This document shows positions 46,267 to 55,652 of a stretch of DNA of 64,000 bases, one piece after another. The stretch spans positions 6,878 to 70,877 of the forward strand of contig JBCDFZ010000019.1 in assembly GCA_039177115.1 (NCBI GenBank), given 5' to 3'. Origin of the DNA: Myxococcota bacterium (GTDB lineage Bacteria > Myxococcota_A > Polyangia > Polyangiales > Houyiibacteriaceae). The stretch's first letter is position 1. Every line of letters begins with the position of its first letter. A model generated the notes under the pieces. It saw nothing but the letters and a program-made list of their open reading frames with translations. It was not told the DNA's origin and did not search any database. Made by a program: the position numbers and the translations under genes.

Positions 46267-47661
46267 TTGCGAGTACTTTTCATCGCCCCTCAGGCGTTCA
46301 CATCGGGTCGCGACACGGCAGACGTCGGTACGCTGGCCAAGGTTTTGCGGCGGTCAGACCACACGGTGGATCTCGTCTCGCCACTTTACGGTCACGTCGA
46401 TACCAACAAGCTCGCACTTGCGCGAAGGCTCACGAAGCTCGAATTCGAACTCGGCGGTCGCTCGTGGGCATGCGAGATCTATACGGGACGAAGCCCAGAC
46501 GGAGTGGGCCTCACGTTCATCGGCAATGAGGAGGTGCTTCTTTCCGCCGAGACGCTCGACACAGCAGAAGGCCAGCTCGGCGCCTCGCGCGTGGGCGTGT
46601 TTGCGTCTGCCGTTGTCGAACTGCTCAAGCAGCGCAAAGGCGACTATGACATCGTGCACGGCCACGGTTGGGCGGGAGCCGCCGTGCTAGCAGGCATTCG
46701 CCACGAACTGCCAGCCATCCCCACGGTGCTCACCGTGTACGACGCCGCAAGCCAGGGCACGTTCGACGCCCGCGACGCAGCCTGGCTGGGAATGGAAGCG
46801 GGCAGCGCAGACCAGGTCAACGCTTTAGAAAACGGACTGGGCGCCGCCGACCGGGTGGTCACCTTGTCTCCCAACTACGCGCACCGCCTTCAGCGGCCCG
46901 GTGAGGGCGAGGGACTCAGCGCCACGTTCTCGGAGATCCGTAACAAGATGGTTGGCATTCGCCATGGCATCGACCCCGCCCTGTGGAACCCCGCGACCGA
47001 CGGGCATCTCGCCTCTCGGTTCGACCCGTTCGACTTGAGCGGCAAGGCGAAATGCAAAGCCGAGCTTCAACACGAGCTCACACTCCCGGTGCGGAGCGAC
47101 TTACCGCTCATAGCGGCCATTGGCCACGTAGACGACGAAGGCATGCACCTCGTCGCCAAGCTCGGCCCTGACTTCCTCCGAAACGACGTGCAGCTCGTCG
47201 TGCAGCTCGCCGGCGATGGAGAGCTCGTCGCGATCTACGAAGAGCTCTGGGACCAGTGGCCGGACCGTATCCAGATCAAAACCGGAGACGACGAGGCGTT
47301 CCATCACCAGCTCCTCGCCGCCGCCGACTGGATTCTGGCGCCGGACCGCGAAACGCCCGGCGACAACCTCCAGATGCTCGGACAGCGCTATGGAGCCGTG
47401 CCCATCGTTCATCGCGAGGGGAGCCTCGCGGACGAAGTCGTCGACTCCGATGCGTCGCTCCAAACCGGCTCTGGTCTGCTCTACGACGAGTCGACCGCGC
47501 CCTCGGTGCTGGCTGCGCTCCAGCGTGCAACTGCGGCATTCGCCAACACGCAGGCGTTTTCCTCGCTCCAGAGCCGAGTCATGCGAATCGACCATTCTTG
47601 GGAGCGAACGACGAGACTCTACGAACGCGTCTACAGAGACGCCGTTGCGGCGCACGCGTAG
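46267..47661 (+). CDS. glycogen/starch synthase-like glycosyltransferase (GT5), divergent
   Basis: 3' part of ORF 45829..47661. TTG 46267 gives the N-terminus MRVLFIAPQAF. The overall GlgA-like layout is present, but the KTGGL motif is replaced by SGRDTADV. Confidence 0.8.
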   Translation: MRVLFIAPQAFTSGRDTADVGTLAKVLRRSDHTVDLVSPLYGHVDTNKLALARRLTKLEFELGGRSWACEIYTGRSPDGVGLTFIGNEEVLLSAETLDTAEGQLGASRVGVFASAVVELLKQRKGDYDIVHGHGWAGAAVLAGIRHELPAIPTVLTVYDAASQGTFDARDAAWLGMEAGSADQVNALENGLGAADRVVTLSPNYAHRLQRPGEGEGLSATFSEIRNKMVGIRHGIDPALWNPATDGHLASRFDPFDLSGKAKCKAELQHELTLPVRSDLPLIAAIGHVDDEGMHLVAKLGPDFLRNDVQLVVQLAGDGELVAIYEELWDQWPDRIQIKTGDDEAFHHQLLAAADWILAPDRETPGDNLQMLGQRYGAVPIVHREGSLADEVVDSDASLQTGSGLLYDESTAPSVLAALQRATAAFANTQAFSSLQSRVMRIDHSWERTTRLYERVYRDAVAAHA

Positions 47662-47761
47662 CGCTGTCCTCTCCGCAACGGACCCGCCACGACGAACGGA
47701 ACAGGGAGCGGTCTATATGGCCGGTTGGCGTCGCCCCACGCCCCGCGCAACCCGTGGTGCG

Positions 47762-48490
47762 CTAACTCCCTGCGGCAGGCGGGATCTTGAGTGGCTTGTT
47801 CGGCAGCTTGGCATCGCTAGGTCGCAGGTACTGTGGCTCCAGAAGGGCCAGGTCATCGGGACCGCGCGTGTTGAACGCATGGACGACCTCAGCAACCAGT
47901 GCGCGCGGGGTTGGCGCCGCAACTGCAGCGCTGCCAGGCTCGAGCAACCCGACGAGCTGGGCCTTCGCGAGGTCGCGGTGAGTCTGCGCACCTTCGCCAC
48001 AAAGGATCACGGGCCGCTCAGCGATCGCTTCGTGAAGCTGTGCGAACACAGTGTCCGGGTCGCCGAAGGTTGGGCTGAGGACCTCGTCGTCCGCACGCGG
48101 TTCGAAATCGTAAGCGGCGACGAACAGGTCGCCACGGTAGGCGTTCATGAGCGGAACGCGAACGACGGACTCGGGGCCTTGAGGTGACCGCGCGAGTACT
48201 CGGAGCGCGCTCACGCCAACGATGGGAAGATCGAGCCCAAGCGCGATCCCTTTCGCGGCGCTCAGTCCAACGCGGAGGCTCGTGAACTTGCCGGGCCCGA
48301 CGCTGACCCCGACCGAGTCGATGTCGCCACGCACGATCCCCGCGCGCTCGAGCACGTCGTCGACGTAGCGGAAGAGGTGCTCACCATGACGTGCAGAGGA
48401 GTGCCACGAATGAGAAGCCACGGCTTCCCCTCTCCTGGCGACCGCGATGGTACCAAAATCGGTTGCGGTATCCATACACAGGGTGGCCAT
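47762..48490 (-). CDS. tsaB: tRNA N6-threonylcarbamoyladenosine biosynthesis protein TsaB
   Basis: 242-aa ORF. LCMDTATDFGTIAV...VSVGPGKFTSLRVGLSAAKG is the TsaB/YeaZ signature. Confidence 0.9.
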   Translation of the reverse strand: MATLCMDTATDFGTIAVARRGEAVASHSWHSSARHGEHLFRYVDDVLERAGIVRGDIDSVGVSVGPGKFTSLRVGLSAAKGIALGLDLPIVGVSALRVLARSPQGPESVVRVPLMNAYRGDLFVAAYDFEPRADDEVLSPTFGDPDTVFAQLHEAIAERPVILCGEGAQTHRDLAKAQLVGLLEPGSAAVAAPTPRALVAEVVHAFNTRGPDDLALLEPQYLRPSDAKLPNKPLKIPPAAGS

Positions 48491-48576
48491 GGCTCGCTTG
48501 ACGCATGCCTAGCCGCAGACTAGCGTCCGCGCCAACCAAGGGGGCCGTAAGCGTTGGCTTTCCCGCCGATTCACGC

Positions 48577-49311
48577 ATGAGCACAAACCGAAAAGACGCG
48601 TCGACGTCCAAGGCCAAGAAGGCGAAAAAGGGTGATGGCTGGAAGTCGAACCTGCTGACGATCGGCGGAGCGCTTCTGCTCGCACTCTTCATCCGCATCA
48701 CGCTATTCGAGGCGTTCGCGATCGACGGCCCTTCGATGGAGCCAACCCTGCTCGACGGTGACAGGGTCGTAGTGGCGAAATACCCCTACGGGCTCTTCTT
48801 GCCGTTCACCCACGCGGCCACCGTAAACTGGGGCGGACCGGAACCGGGTGACGTGGTGATCCTTCACAGCCCCGCCGACAACGAGGACATCGTCAAGCGA
48901 GTCATCGGGGTGGGTGGCGACGAGATCCTCATTCGCGGTGGGAAGATCTACCGCAACGGCGAGGTGCTCGAGACTATCGAGGAAGGACCATGCTCGCGGG
49001 ACGAGCAGAAGAACTTCGACAGCACGTGCATGGTGTACCAGGAGACCGTCGATGGCGTGCCGCACCGACTCAGCCATTCCAAGCACGACTTCCCTCTCGA
49101 TCGTCTCCCGGTGAAGGTGCCCGAGGGCCACGTCTACGTGCTCGGCGACCACCGTGACAGCTCGAACGACAGCCGAAACCCGCTGATCGGCGCGGTTGAG
49201 AACTCGCGCATCAAGGGCAAGGCCCTATTCATCTACATGTCCTGGAAGAACGCGCGCGAGGCCCTCTGGGAACGCATCCGCTGGTCCCGCGTCGGCAGCA
49301 GCGTCGACTAG
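48577..49311 (+). CDS. lepB: signal peptidase I
   Basis: ORF 48505..49311 trimmed to ATG 48577. Catalytic boxes GPSMEPTL, KRVIGVGGD and GDHRDSSNDSR. Confidence 0.9.
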   Translation: MSTNRKDASTSKAKKAKKGDGWKSNLLTIGGALLLALFIRITLFEAFAIDGPSMEPTLLDGDRVVVAKYPYGLFLPFTHAATVNWGGPEPGDVVILHSPADNEDIVKRVIGVGGDEILIRGGKIYRNGEVLETIEEGPCSRDEQKNFDSTCMVYQETVDGVPHRLSHSKHDFPLDRLPVKVPEGHVYVLGDHRDSSNDSRNPLIGAVENSRIKGKALFIYMSWKNAREALWERIRWSRVGSSVD

Positions 49312-49362
49312 CGTCCCTTCGGGAGTCGCGGATAGTGAGCTTCGCGCTAGGCTCGGCAGACG

Positions 49363-50859
49363 ATGGCGATGAGCCAGGAGATCGACGCGTACCTTCGCGA
49401 TGAAATCGGGACCCTCGACAAAGAGGCTCCCGAATCGGTCGCGCTCGTCTACCCGAGCCCCTACCGCGTCGCGATGTCCTCGCTCGGGTTTCAGACCATT
49501 TACCGCACCGTGAACGCGGAGCCTGGGATGGCCGCGCATCGCGCCTTCCTCCCGGACGACGTCGACGCGTGGCGCAAGGCCCGAGCACCGCTAGTCACGT
49601 ACGAGCGAAAGCGCCCCATATCCGACTACTCGGTCCTCGCGTTCTCGGTCGCCTACGAGGCCGAGCTGGCCGGTGTCATTCAAACGCTCGAACTGGCGGG
49701 CCTGCCTCCGCTCGCAGAGGATCGCACCGCGCACCACCCCCTCATCCTTGCCGGAGGCCCGCTCACGTTCAGCAACCCGCTGCCGCTCGCTCCGTTCGTC
49801 GACGCCATCGTCATGGGCGAGGCCGACCAATCGGTTCTTCGCGTGCTTCGCACCGTATACGATTCCGACACGCGAGATAGCGCCCTTCGTACACTCGCCG
49901 CCGAGCCTCACGTCTTTGTGCCGAGCGCCCAAGGGGACATTCTCCCCCCCGTCGATAAGGCGGACGATCGCCAGCTTCCCGCCTATTCGCAGATCATCAC
50001 ACCCCACACCGAGCTTCGGAACATGTTCCTCGTCGAGCCCGAGCGCGGATGCCATCGCGGATGCACCTACTGCGTGATGCGCCGATCGACAAACGACGGC
50101 ATGCGCCTCGTCGAGAAGGACCGTGTGTTGGCACTCGTCCCGGAGGAGGCTAGACGCGTGGGCCTCGTCGGAGCTGCCACCACCGACCATCCGCAGATCA
50201 CCGACATCGTGAATGCACTGGCCGACTCGGGAAGAGAGGTGGGTTTGTCGTCGCTTCGCGCCGACCGGTTGAACGACTCCCTGGTCGCGGCGCTGGGACG
50301 CGGAGGCCATCGCGTCCTGACCACCGCGAGCGACGGAGCGAGCCAGCGAATGCGAGACGTGATCCAGCGACGCACCAGCGAGGCCCAGCTGAGGAACGCT
50401 GCGACGCTCGCTCGCAAACACGGAATGAAGCGCCTCAAGCTCTACCTCATGGTCGGACTCCCCACCGAAACCGACGACGACATCGACGAGATGGTCGCCT
50501 TCAGTAGAGAGCTCTCGGCAATCATCCCCGTCTCGCTCGGCGTCGCCCCCTTCGTCGCCAAGAGAAACACGCCGCTCGACGGCGAAGGATTCGCCGGCAT
50601 CGACGTCGTGGACACCAAGCTGAAGCGCCTCCGAAGAGGCGTCAAAGGCCGTGTCGACGTGCGTGCCACGAGCGCTCGCTGGGCCTGGGTCGAATACGTA
50701 CTCGCGCAAGGGGGACGCGCCGAGGGCCGAGCCGTGCTCGACGCGGTGCACGCCGGCGGCCGGTTCGCGGACTGGCGGCGCGCGTTCGAAGCCCTCCCCC
50801 CGTCTCGCCCCAAACGCCAGCTCGTCCGACCCGGGAATCGACGGGGACGCGCCGTCTGA
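49363..50859 (+). CDS. radical SAM protein with N-terminal B12-binding-like domain (TIGR03960-like)
   Basis: 498-aa ORF. YPSPYRVAMSSLGFQTIYRTVN resembles the N-terminal signature of that family. The CHRGCTYC cluster motif is present. Confidence 0.85.
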   Translation: MAMSQEIDAYLRDEIGTLDKEAPESVALVYPSPYRVAMSSLGFQTIYRTVNAEPGMAAHRAFLPDDVDAWRKARAPLVTYERKRPISDYSVLAFSVAYEAELAGVIQTLELAGLPPLAEDRTAHHPLILAGGPLTFSNPLPLAPFVDAIVMGEADQSVLRVLRTVYDSDTRDSALRTLAAEPHVFVPSAQGDILPPVDKADDRQLPAYSQIITPHTELRNMFLVEPERGCHRGCTYCVMRRSTNDGMRLVEKDRVLALVPEEARRVGLVGAATTDHPQITDIVNALADSGREVGLSSLRADRLNDSLVAALGRGGHRVLTTASDGASQRMRDVIQRRTSEAQLRNAATLARKHGMKRLKLYLMVGLPTETDDDIDEMVAFSRELSAIIPVSLGVAPFVAKRNTPLDGEGFAGIDVVDTKLKRLRRGVKGRVDVRATSARWAWVEYVLAQGGRAEGRAVLDAVHAGGRFADWRRAFEALPPSRPKRQLVRPGNRRGRAV

Positions 50860-50969
50860 CCGCAACTCTCGTTGGCGGCGACGTCTGTCGACGCCGAAGA
50901 CGACGACGACGCTCGACAGAGCACCGACGCAGAAGCCGTTGCGTCCGGTAGAAGGCCCTTGCGTCCGTC

Positions 50970-50988
50970 CGACGATTTTCGTCGTTTT
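50970..50988 (+). terminator. weak intrinsic-terminator-like hairpin CGACGA-ttt-TCGTCG followed by TTTT
   Basis: Read from the sequence, about 110 nt after the radical SAM stop. The stem is only 6 bp. Confidence 0.3.
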
Positions 50989-51213
50989 GGGGGGGGTTCA
51001 CCGCCCGCGTGGACTCTATCTTCTGGGATACGCCGGCGAGGCCGCTGCGCGTGTGGGGTGATCGCCACGCGCGGTTCGTCTTTGGGTGGGACTTGGGTGA
51101 TTGGGATGTGACTGCAACTCGAACTCTCGCGAGGGCCGAGACGGCCCCTGTTGGATCATCGTCCGCGGGGGGGCGTTGTTGCGATCCCCTCGCCGACTCG
51201 AACGACTCCCGGG

Positions 51214-52521
51214 TCACGGCCTATCGGTCACGACTTTCGCCCTACGGCGCTTCCGTCGGACGTGACGGCCCAACTCGACGTAGGCAGCAGCTGCGGCAAT
51301 CGCGAAGAACGGGTCGTACGGCACCCGGATGCGCGGATCCCCGAGGAAGAACGCCATCGTCACGACACTGCATCCGAGCAGCGTGCTGAGCCATAGCCAA
51401 CCCGCTTCCTCAGCACGGAAGGGGCGGCCGCGCGCGAACGAGTAGAGCAGCCACAAGACCCCTGGAACGACGAAGAAAAGAGAGAAGAGCCGTGAGTCGA
51501 CGGGGAGCACGTACCTCCAACGTCTCCAACTAGGCCAGTAGTGCTGCGAACCGAGACCTAGTCCCTCTTTGAGAGACCAAAACACTCGCAGCAAACGACT
51601 TGGCTCCGCGGCAATGAGTTCGACCCCTCTTTCGTAGAAGTAGCCGTCGTCATAGAAGGGGCGATCCACGAGTTCGTCGGTCTCGTGTCGGATGCGACTC
51701 GGAATCGGGCTCACGAGATGCTTGAAGCCACCTTCCACGAAACCCACCGAGCGTACGTCGGCGAAGTTGAGGTAGAAGTTCACGCCTCCGTTGGTGCTCG
51801 TCGGCACCCATCGCTCGAGCAAACTCGAGTTGTGAGCGCTGTGTATCAGCATCGGACACAAAGCGAAGACGAGCGCGCAAAAACCGTAGCGGAATGTACG
51901 CGGCGCGCTCCTGCGGAGGGCGACGTAGAAGAAAACGGGGAGGAGCGGGACCACCAAGGCGAGGCTCGGGCGGACCGTCGCAGCAACGCCAAGCGTGAAA
52001 CCACCCAGAATCGCACGAAACAGACTTGCCGCGATCGTCGACTCGACGAGAAGCCACGCCGAAAGCACCAGCAGGAACGCGAACCAAGTCTCCGAGAGCA
52101 GCAAACCGGTGTACAGAATCATAGGAAGGTGGGCTGCGACCGCGATCGAAGAAATGACGGGGACGGTTCGATCTCTCGAGAGGCTGAACGCGAGCTTATA
52201 GGTGACGAGCACGGTCAGCGCGCTGAGTAACGCCTGCAGGCCGCCAACGAGCAGGTACGCCCGCCCAAAGGCGCGGTACACGAGCGCTAGGGCCGCCGGG
52301 TATCCCGCGGGAGTAAAGGTATCCCATGGCCCTAGCTCACCTCTGACGAGGTTCTTGGCCCGAAGATCGTAGACGGACATGTCCGACTCGATGAAGTCTC
52401 CGACCGGGTGCGCGAACACGACGAACACGACCCGAGGGATCAGAGCGACGACGAAGAGCAGCCAGGGGCCACTCCTCTCGTCCGTAGTCCAAGCAAGCAA
52501 ACGACGGCCAAACGCGCGCAC
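51214..52521 (-). CDS. glycosyltransferase family 39 (ArnT/PMT-like) membrane protein
   Basis: 435-aa ORF with GTG start. Polytopic, with the N-terminal loop DFIESDMSVYD typical of GT-C enzymes. Confidence 0.8.
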   Translation of the reverse strand: MRAFGRRLLAWTTDERSGPWLLFVVALIPRVVFVVFAHPVGDFIESDMSVYDLRAKNLVRGELGPWDTFTPAGYPAALALVYRAFGRAYLLVGGLQALLSALTVLVTYKLAFSLSRDRTVPVISSIAVAAHLPMILYTGLLLSETWFAFLLVLSAWLLVESTIAASLFRAILGGFTLGVAATVRPSLALVVPLLPVFFYVALRRSAPRTFRYGFCALVFALCPMLIHSAHNSSLLERWVPTSTNGGVNFYLNFADVRSVGFVEGGFKHLVSPIPSRIRHETDELVDRPFYDDGYFYERGVELIAAEPSRLLRVFWSLKEGLGLGSQHYWPSWRRWRYVLPVDSRLFSLFFVVPGVLWLLYSFARGRPFRAEEAGWLWLSTLLGCSVVTMAFFLGDPRIRVPYDPFFAIAAAAAYVELGRHVRRKRRRAKVVTDRP

Positions 52522-52563
52522 CGAATCCTCTGACCCACCCCTACAGCGAGGTCAGGCGTGCGA

Positions 52564-54039
52564 TCAAGTGAGAAACGCTCTGGCGGCCGTGCGGGCGAAG
52601 TCGAGGTAGCGGCTGGGGGTGACTCCCATGAGGAGCACATACGCGCCGGCGAGTACTAGCGCGGACACCACGTAGAACGAACGCATGGGGACGGCGATGG
52701 GGGCGTCTTCTTCGGGCTCGCGCATGAAGAGGTAGACGATGACCTTGAGGTAGTAATAGGCGCCGATGGCACTCGCCAGAACGCCAAGGACCGCCAACCA
52801 GACGAGGCCCGCTTGGACGGCCGCGTTGAAAACGTAGTACTTGCCGAAGAAGCCGGCGGTGGGCGGCATGCCGAGCAGCGATAGAACACCAATGACGAAC
52901 GGAATCGCCACGCCGGGATGACGACGTCCAGCTCCCGCGAGGTCGTCGTAGCTGACCGCCTCTTTGCCCTTCGAGCCCATCAACACGAGGGAGCCGAACG
53001 CGAGCACGTTCGAGACGGTGTACGCAGCCGTGTAGTAGAGCACGGAGCTGATGGCCATGGAGCCTACCTCGAACGTGGCCGCGAGGCCGACGAGGATGTA
53101 CCCGGCGTGGGCGACCGACGAATAGGCAAGCATGCGCTTCACGCTCGACTGCGCCAGCGCGGCGAGGTTCCCCCAAACCATGGTGACCACAGCCAGGACG
53201 ATGATGACCGGCGTCCATCCGGTGAACTCGTCCATGCTGACCTGGTCGCCGAATGCGCCCGCGAGCACCCGCACCAGCACAGCGAACGCAGCAGCCTTGA
53301 CTGCCACCGACATGAAGGTCGTGACGGGCGTAACCGCGCCCTCGTACGAGTCGGGAACCCACATGTGGAAGGGAACGGCGCCAACTTTGAAGGCCAGGCT
53401 GACCAGGATCATGATCAAAGCCAGGATCGTGAGCACGGGGTCGGCGGAGCCCGAGGCCACCGATGCCTGAATCCCCGCGAAGTCGGTGTGGCCCGTGGCT
53501 CCGTAGAGGAGACCGCTGCCGAACAGCAAGATCGCGGCCGCAAACGAGCCGAGTAGGAAGTATTTGACCGCCCCTTCGACGGCGCGCGCGCTCGTCCGGC
53601 GGTAGGCCACGAGCGCGTAAGCGCCGAGGGACATCGTCTCGAGGCCGAGGAACACGCTCAGCAGATCGATCGCCCTGGCCAACACCATGGCGCCTAGGGC
53701 GGTGAAGAGGAGGAGCACATAGAACTCGCCGCGTTCGAGATCGTGTTCTTTGAGGTAGCCTCCTGCGAGCAGCGCGCAGAGGCCCGCCCCGACGCAGATG
53801 ACGACGTCGAAGAAGAAGCCGAGGTCGTCGACGGCGAGGTAGCGTGTAACCATCTCGGGCTCGGGTACGTCGCCGCCTGCGGCGACCCGCAGGGCGACCC
53901 ACGCGGCCCCAAACAGCGACAGCGCGGTCAGCACTGCGAGCGACCGGCGCGCACTGGTGAACGCGTCGACCAGCATGATGATGAGCCCAGCCCCAACGAG
54001 CACGAGCAGCGGGGCAACTCCAGCGAGGTCGCTCATCAT
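52564..54039 (-). CDS. nuoN: NADH-quinone oxidoreductase subunit N
   Basis: ORF 52564..54066 trimmed to ATG 54037-54039, overlapping the nuoM stop (ATGA). Antiporter-like 14-TM subunit. Confidence 0.95.
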   Translation of the reverse strand: MMSDLAGVAPLLVLVGAGLIIMLVDAFTSARRSLAVLTALSLFGAAWVALRVAAGGDVPEPEMVTRYLAVDDLGFFFDVVICVGAGLCALLAGGYLKEHDLERGEFYVLLLFTALGAMVLARAIDLLSVFLGLETMSLGAYALVAYRRTSARAVEGAVKYFLLGSFAAAILLFGSGLLYGATGHTDFAGIQASVASGSADPVLTILALIMILVSLAFKVGAVPFHMWVPDSYEGAVTPVTTFMSVAVKAAAFAVLVRVLAGAFGDQVSMDEFTGWTPVIIVLAVVTMVWGNLAALAQSSVKRMLAYSSVAHAGYILVGLAATFEVGSMAISSVLYYTAAYTVSNVLAFGSLVLMGSKGKEAVSYDDLAGAGRRHPGVAIPFVIGVLSLLGMPPTAGFFGKYYVFNAAVQAGLVWLAVLGVLASAIGAYYYLKVIVYLFMREPEEDAPIAVPMRSFYVVSALVLAGAYVLLMGVTPSRYLDFARTAARAFLT

Positions 54040-55652
54040 CGTTCGTCCCCCTTGTCGTCGGCCCACGCGTAGGCGCCGCCATCGGTCGGGTCGATGGCCT
54101 GAAGGCCGACGATTCGCGGATTCGAGACTCCCCTCGACTCCTGGTAGCGAACGCTGAAGTCGGTGATGAAAGCATCGACCGAGGGGTTCATCTTGTCGAG
54201 GAAGAACTTGGGGTAGAGCCCGATCCAGAACACGAGGGCGACCAGCGGGATGAGCGCGATGGTTTCGCGGCGATTTAGGTCCGAAAGGCCTTCGTTCTCC
54301 TCATGGGTCACCTTGCCCCAGAACATACGGAGCACGGCGTGCAGCATGTAGACCGCCGCAAAGATGACGCCGGTGGCCGCAAACAGAGTCATGACGAACC
54401 AGGTGTTTCCAAAACCGACGGTTCCGCGAGAGAAGAACGAGCCGGCCAGAATCATAAACTCGCCCACGAAGCCGTTAGTGCCAGGGAGCCCGATGGAACT
54501 CATGGTGACGATGACGAAGACCGTCGCGTACCACGGCATCACCTTCGCAAGCCCTCCGAAGTCGTCCAGCATACGCGAGTGGCGTCGGTCGTAGATGACG
54601 CCAACCAAGAGGAAGAGCGCGCCGGTAGACACTCCGTGGTTGATCATCTGCAAGATGGCGCCCGACACCCCGTGACGGTTCATCGCGAAGAGGCCGAGCA
54701 GGATGAAGCCCATGTGGCTCACCGAGCTGTAGGCCACGAGCTTCTTCAAATCACGCTGCACCCACGCCGCGTACGCCCCGTAGATGATTCCCAGCACGCC
54801 GAGCCCAGCCAGAACCGGCCCGATGACCTGACTCGCGACCGGAAACAGCGGCATCGCGAATCGAATGAAACCGTAAACTCCGAGCTTCAGAAGGACCGCC
54901 GCCAGTACGATCGAACCACCCGTCGGCGCCTGGACGTGGGCATCCGGAAGCCAGGTGTGGAAGGGGAACATCGGCACCTTGATGGCAAACGCCACCGCAA
55001 AGGCCCCGAAAAGCAGGTATTGAGGGACGGCGGGAAGCACGAGCGTCGTCAGCTTCTCGAGGTCGAAAGTGTAGTAGCCGGCAATCGCCTCGTACGTGTT
55101 CACGATGTACAAAATCGCGACGAGCATCAGAAGGCTCCCGACGAACGTATAGATGAAGAACTTGAGCGCGGCGTAAACGCGGTCTTTGCCGCCCCAGATA
55201 CCGATGATGAGGTACATCGGCACCAGCATGAGCTCCCAGAACACGTAAAACAGGAACAGGTCGAGTGCGACGAACGCGCCGAGCATGCCGAGCTCGAGCA
55301 TCAAGAACGAAAACGCATACTCCTTGATGCGCGTCGTGACCCCACCCCACGACGCATAGAGCGCCACCGGCGTGAGCGCCGTGGTGAGCAGCACGAGCCA
55401 AAGCGACAGCCCGTCGACGCCGAGCTTGTAAGAGATGCCGAGCGACTCCACCCAAGTAACCTGCTCGACGAATCGGTAGCCCGCGGTGCTGTAGTCGGCC
55501 CAAAGCAGCCGGAGACTCAGCAGAAACTCACCGAGCATGATGAGCAGCGAGGCGCCCTTGATGGCCCCTTCGTTCTGCTTCGGCATGATCAGGATGAAGA
55601 GGGAGCCGAGCAGTGGCACCAGGAGGAGCCATGTGAGCGTATGGGTCATCAT
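54036..55652 (-). CDS. nuoM: NADH-quinone oxidoreductase subunit M
   Basis: 538-aa ORF with conserved blocks (WLPDAHVQAPTGGS, VAYSSVSHMGF). ATGA overlap with the nuoL stop. Confidence 0.95.
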   Translation of the reverse strand: MMTHTLTWLLLVPLLGSLFILIMPKQNEGAIKGASLLIMLGEFLLSLRLLWADYSTAGYRFVEQVTWVESLGISYKLGVDGLSLWLVLLTTALTPVALYASWGGVTTRIKEYAFSFLMLELGMLGAFVALDLFLFYVFWELMLVPMYLIIGIWGGKDRVYAALKFFIYTFVGSLLMLVAILYIVNTYEAIAGYYTFDLEKLTTLVLPAVPQYLLFGAFAVAFAIKVPMFPFHTWLPDAHVQAPTGGSIVLAAVLLKLGVYGFIRFAMPLFPVASQVIGPVLAGLGVLGIIYGAYAAWVQRDLKKLVAYSSVSHMGFILLGLFAMNRHGVSGAILQMINHGVSTGALFLLVGVIYDRRHSRMLDDFGGLAKVMPWYATVFVIVTMSSIGLPGTNGFVGEFMILAGSFFSRGTVGFGNTWFVMTLFAATGVIFAAVYMLHAVLRMFWGKVTHEENEGLSDLNRRETIALIPLVALVFWIGLYPKFFLDKMNPSVDAFITDFSVRYQESRGVSNPRIVGLQAIDPTDGGAYAWADDKGDER

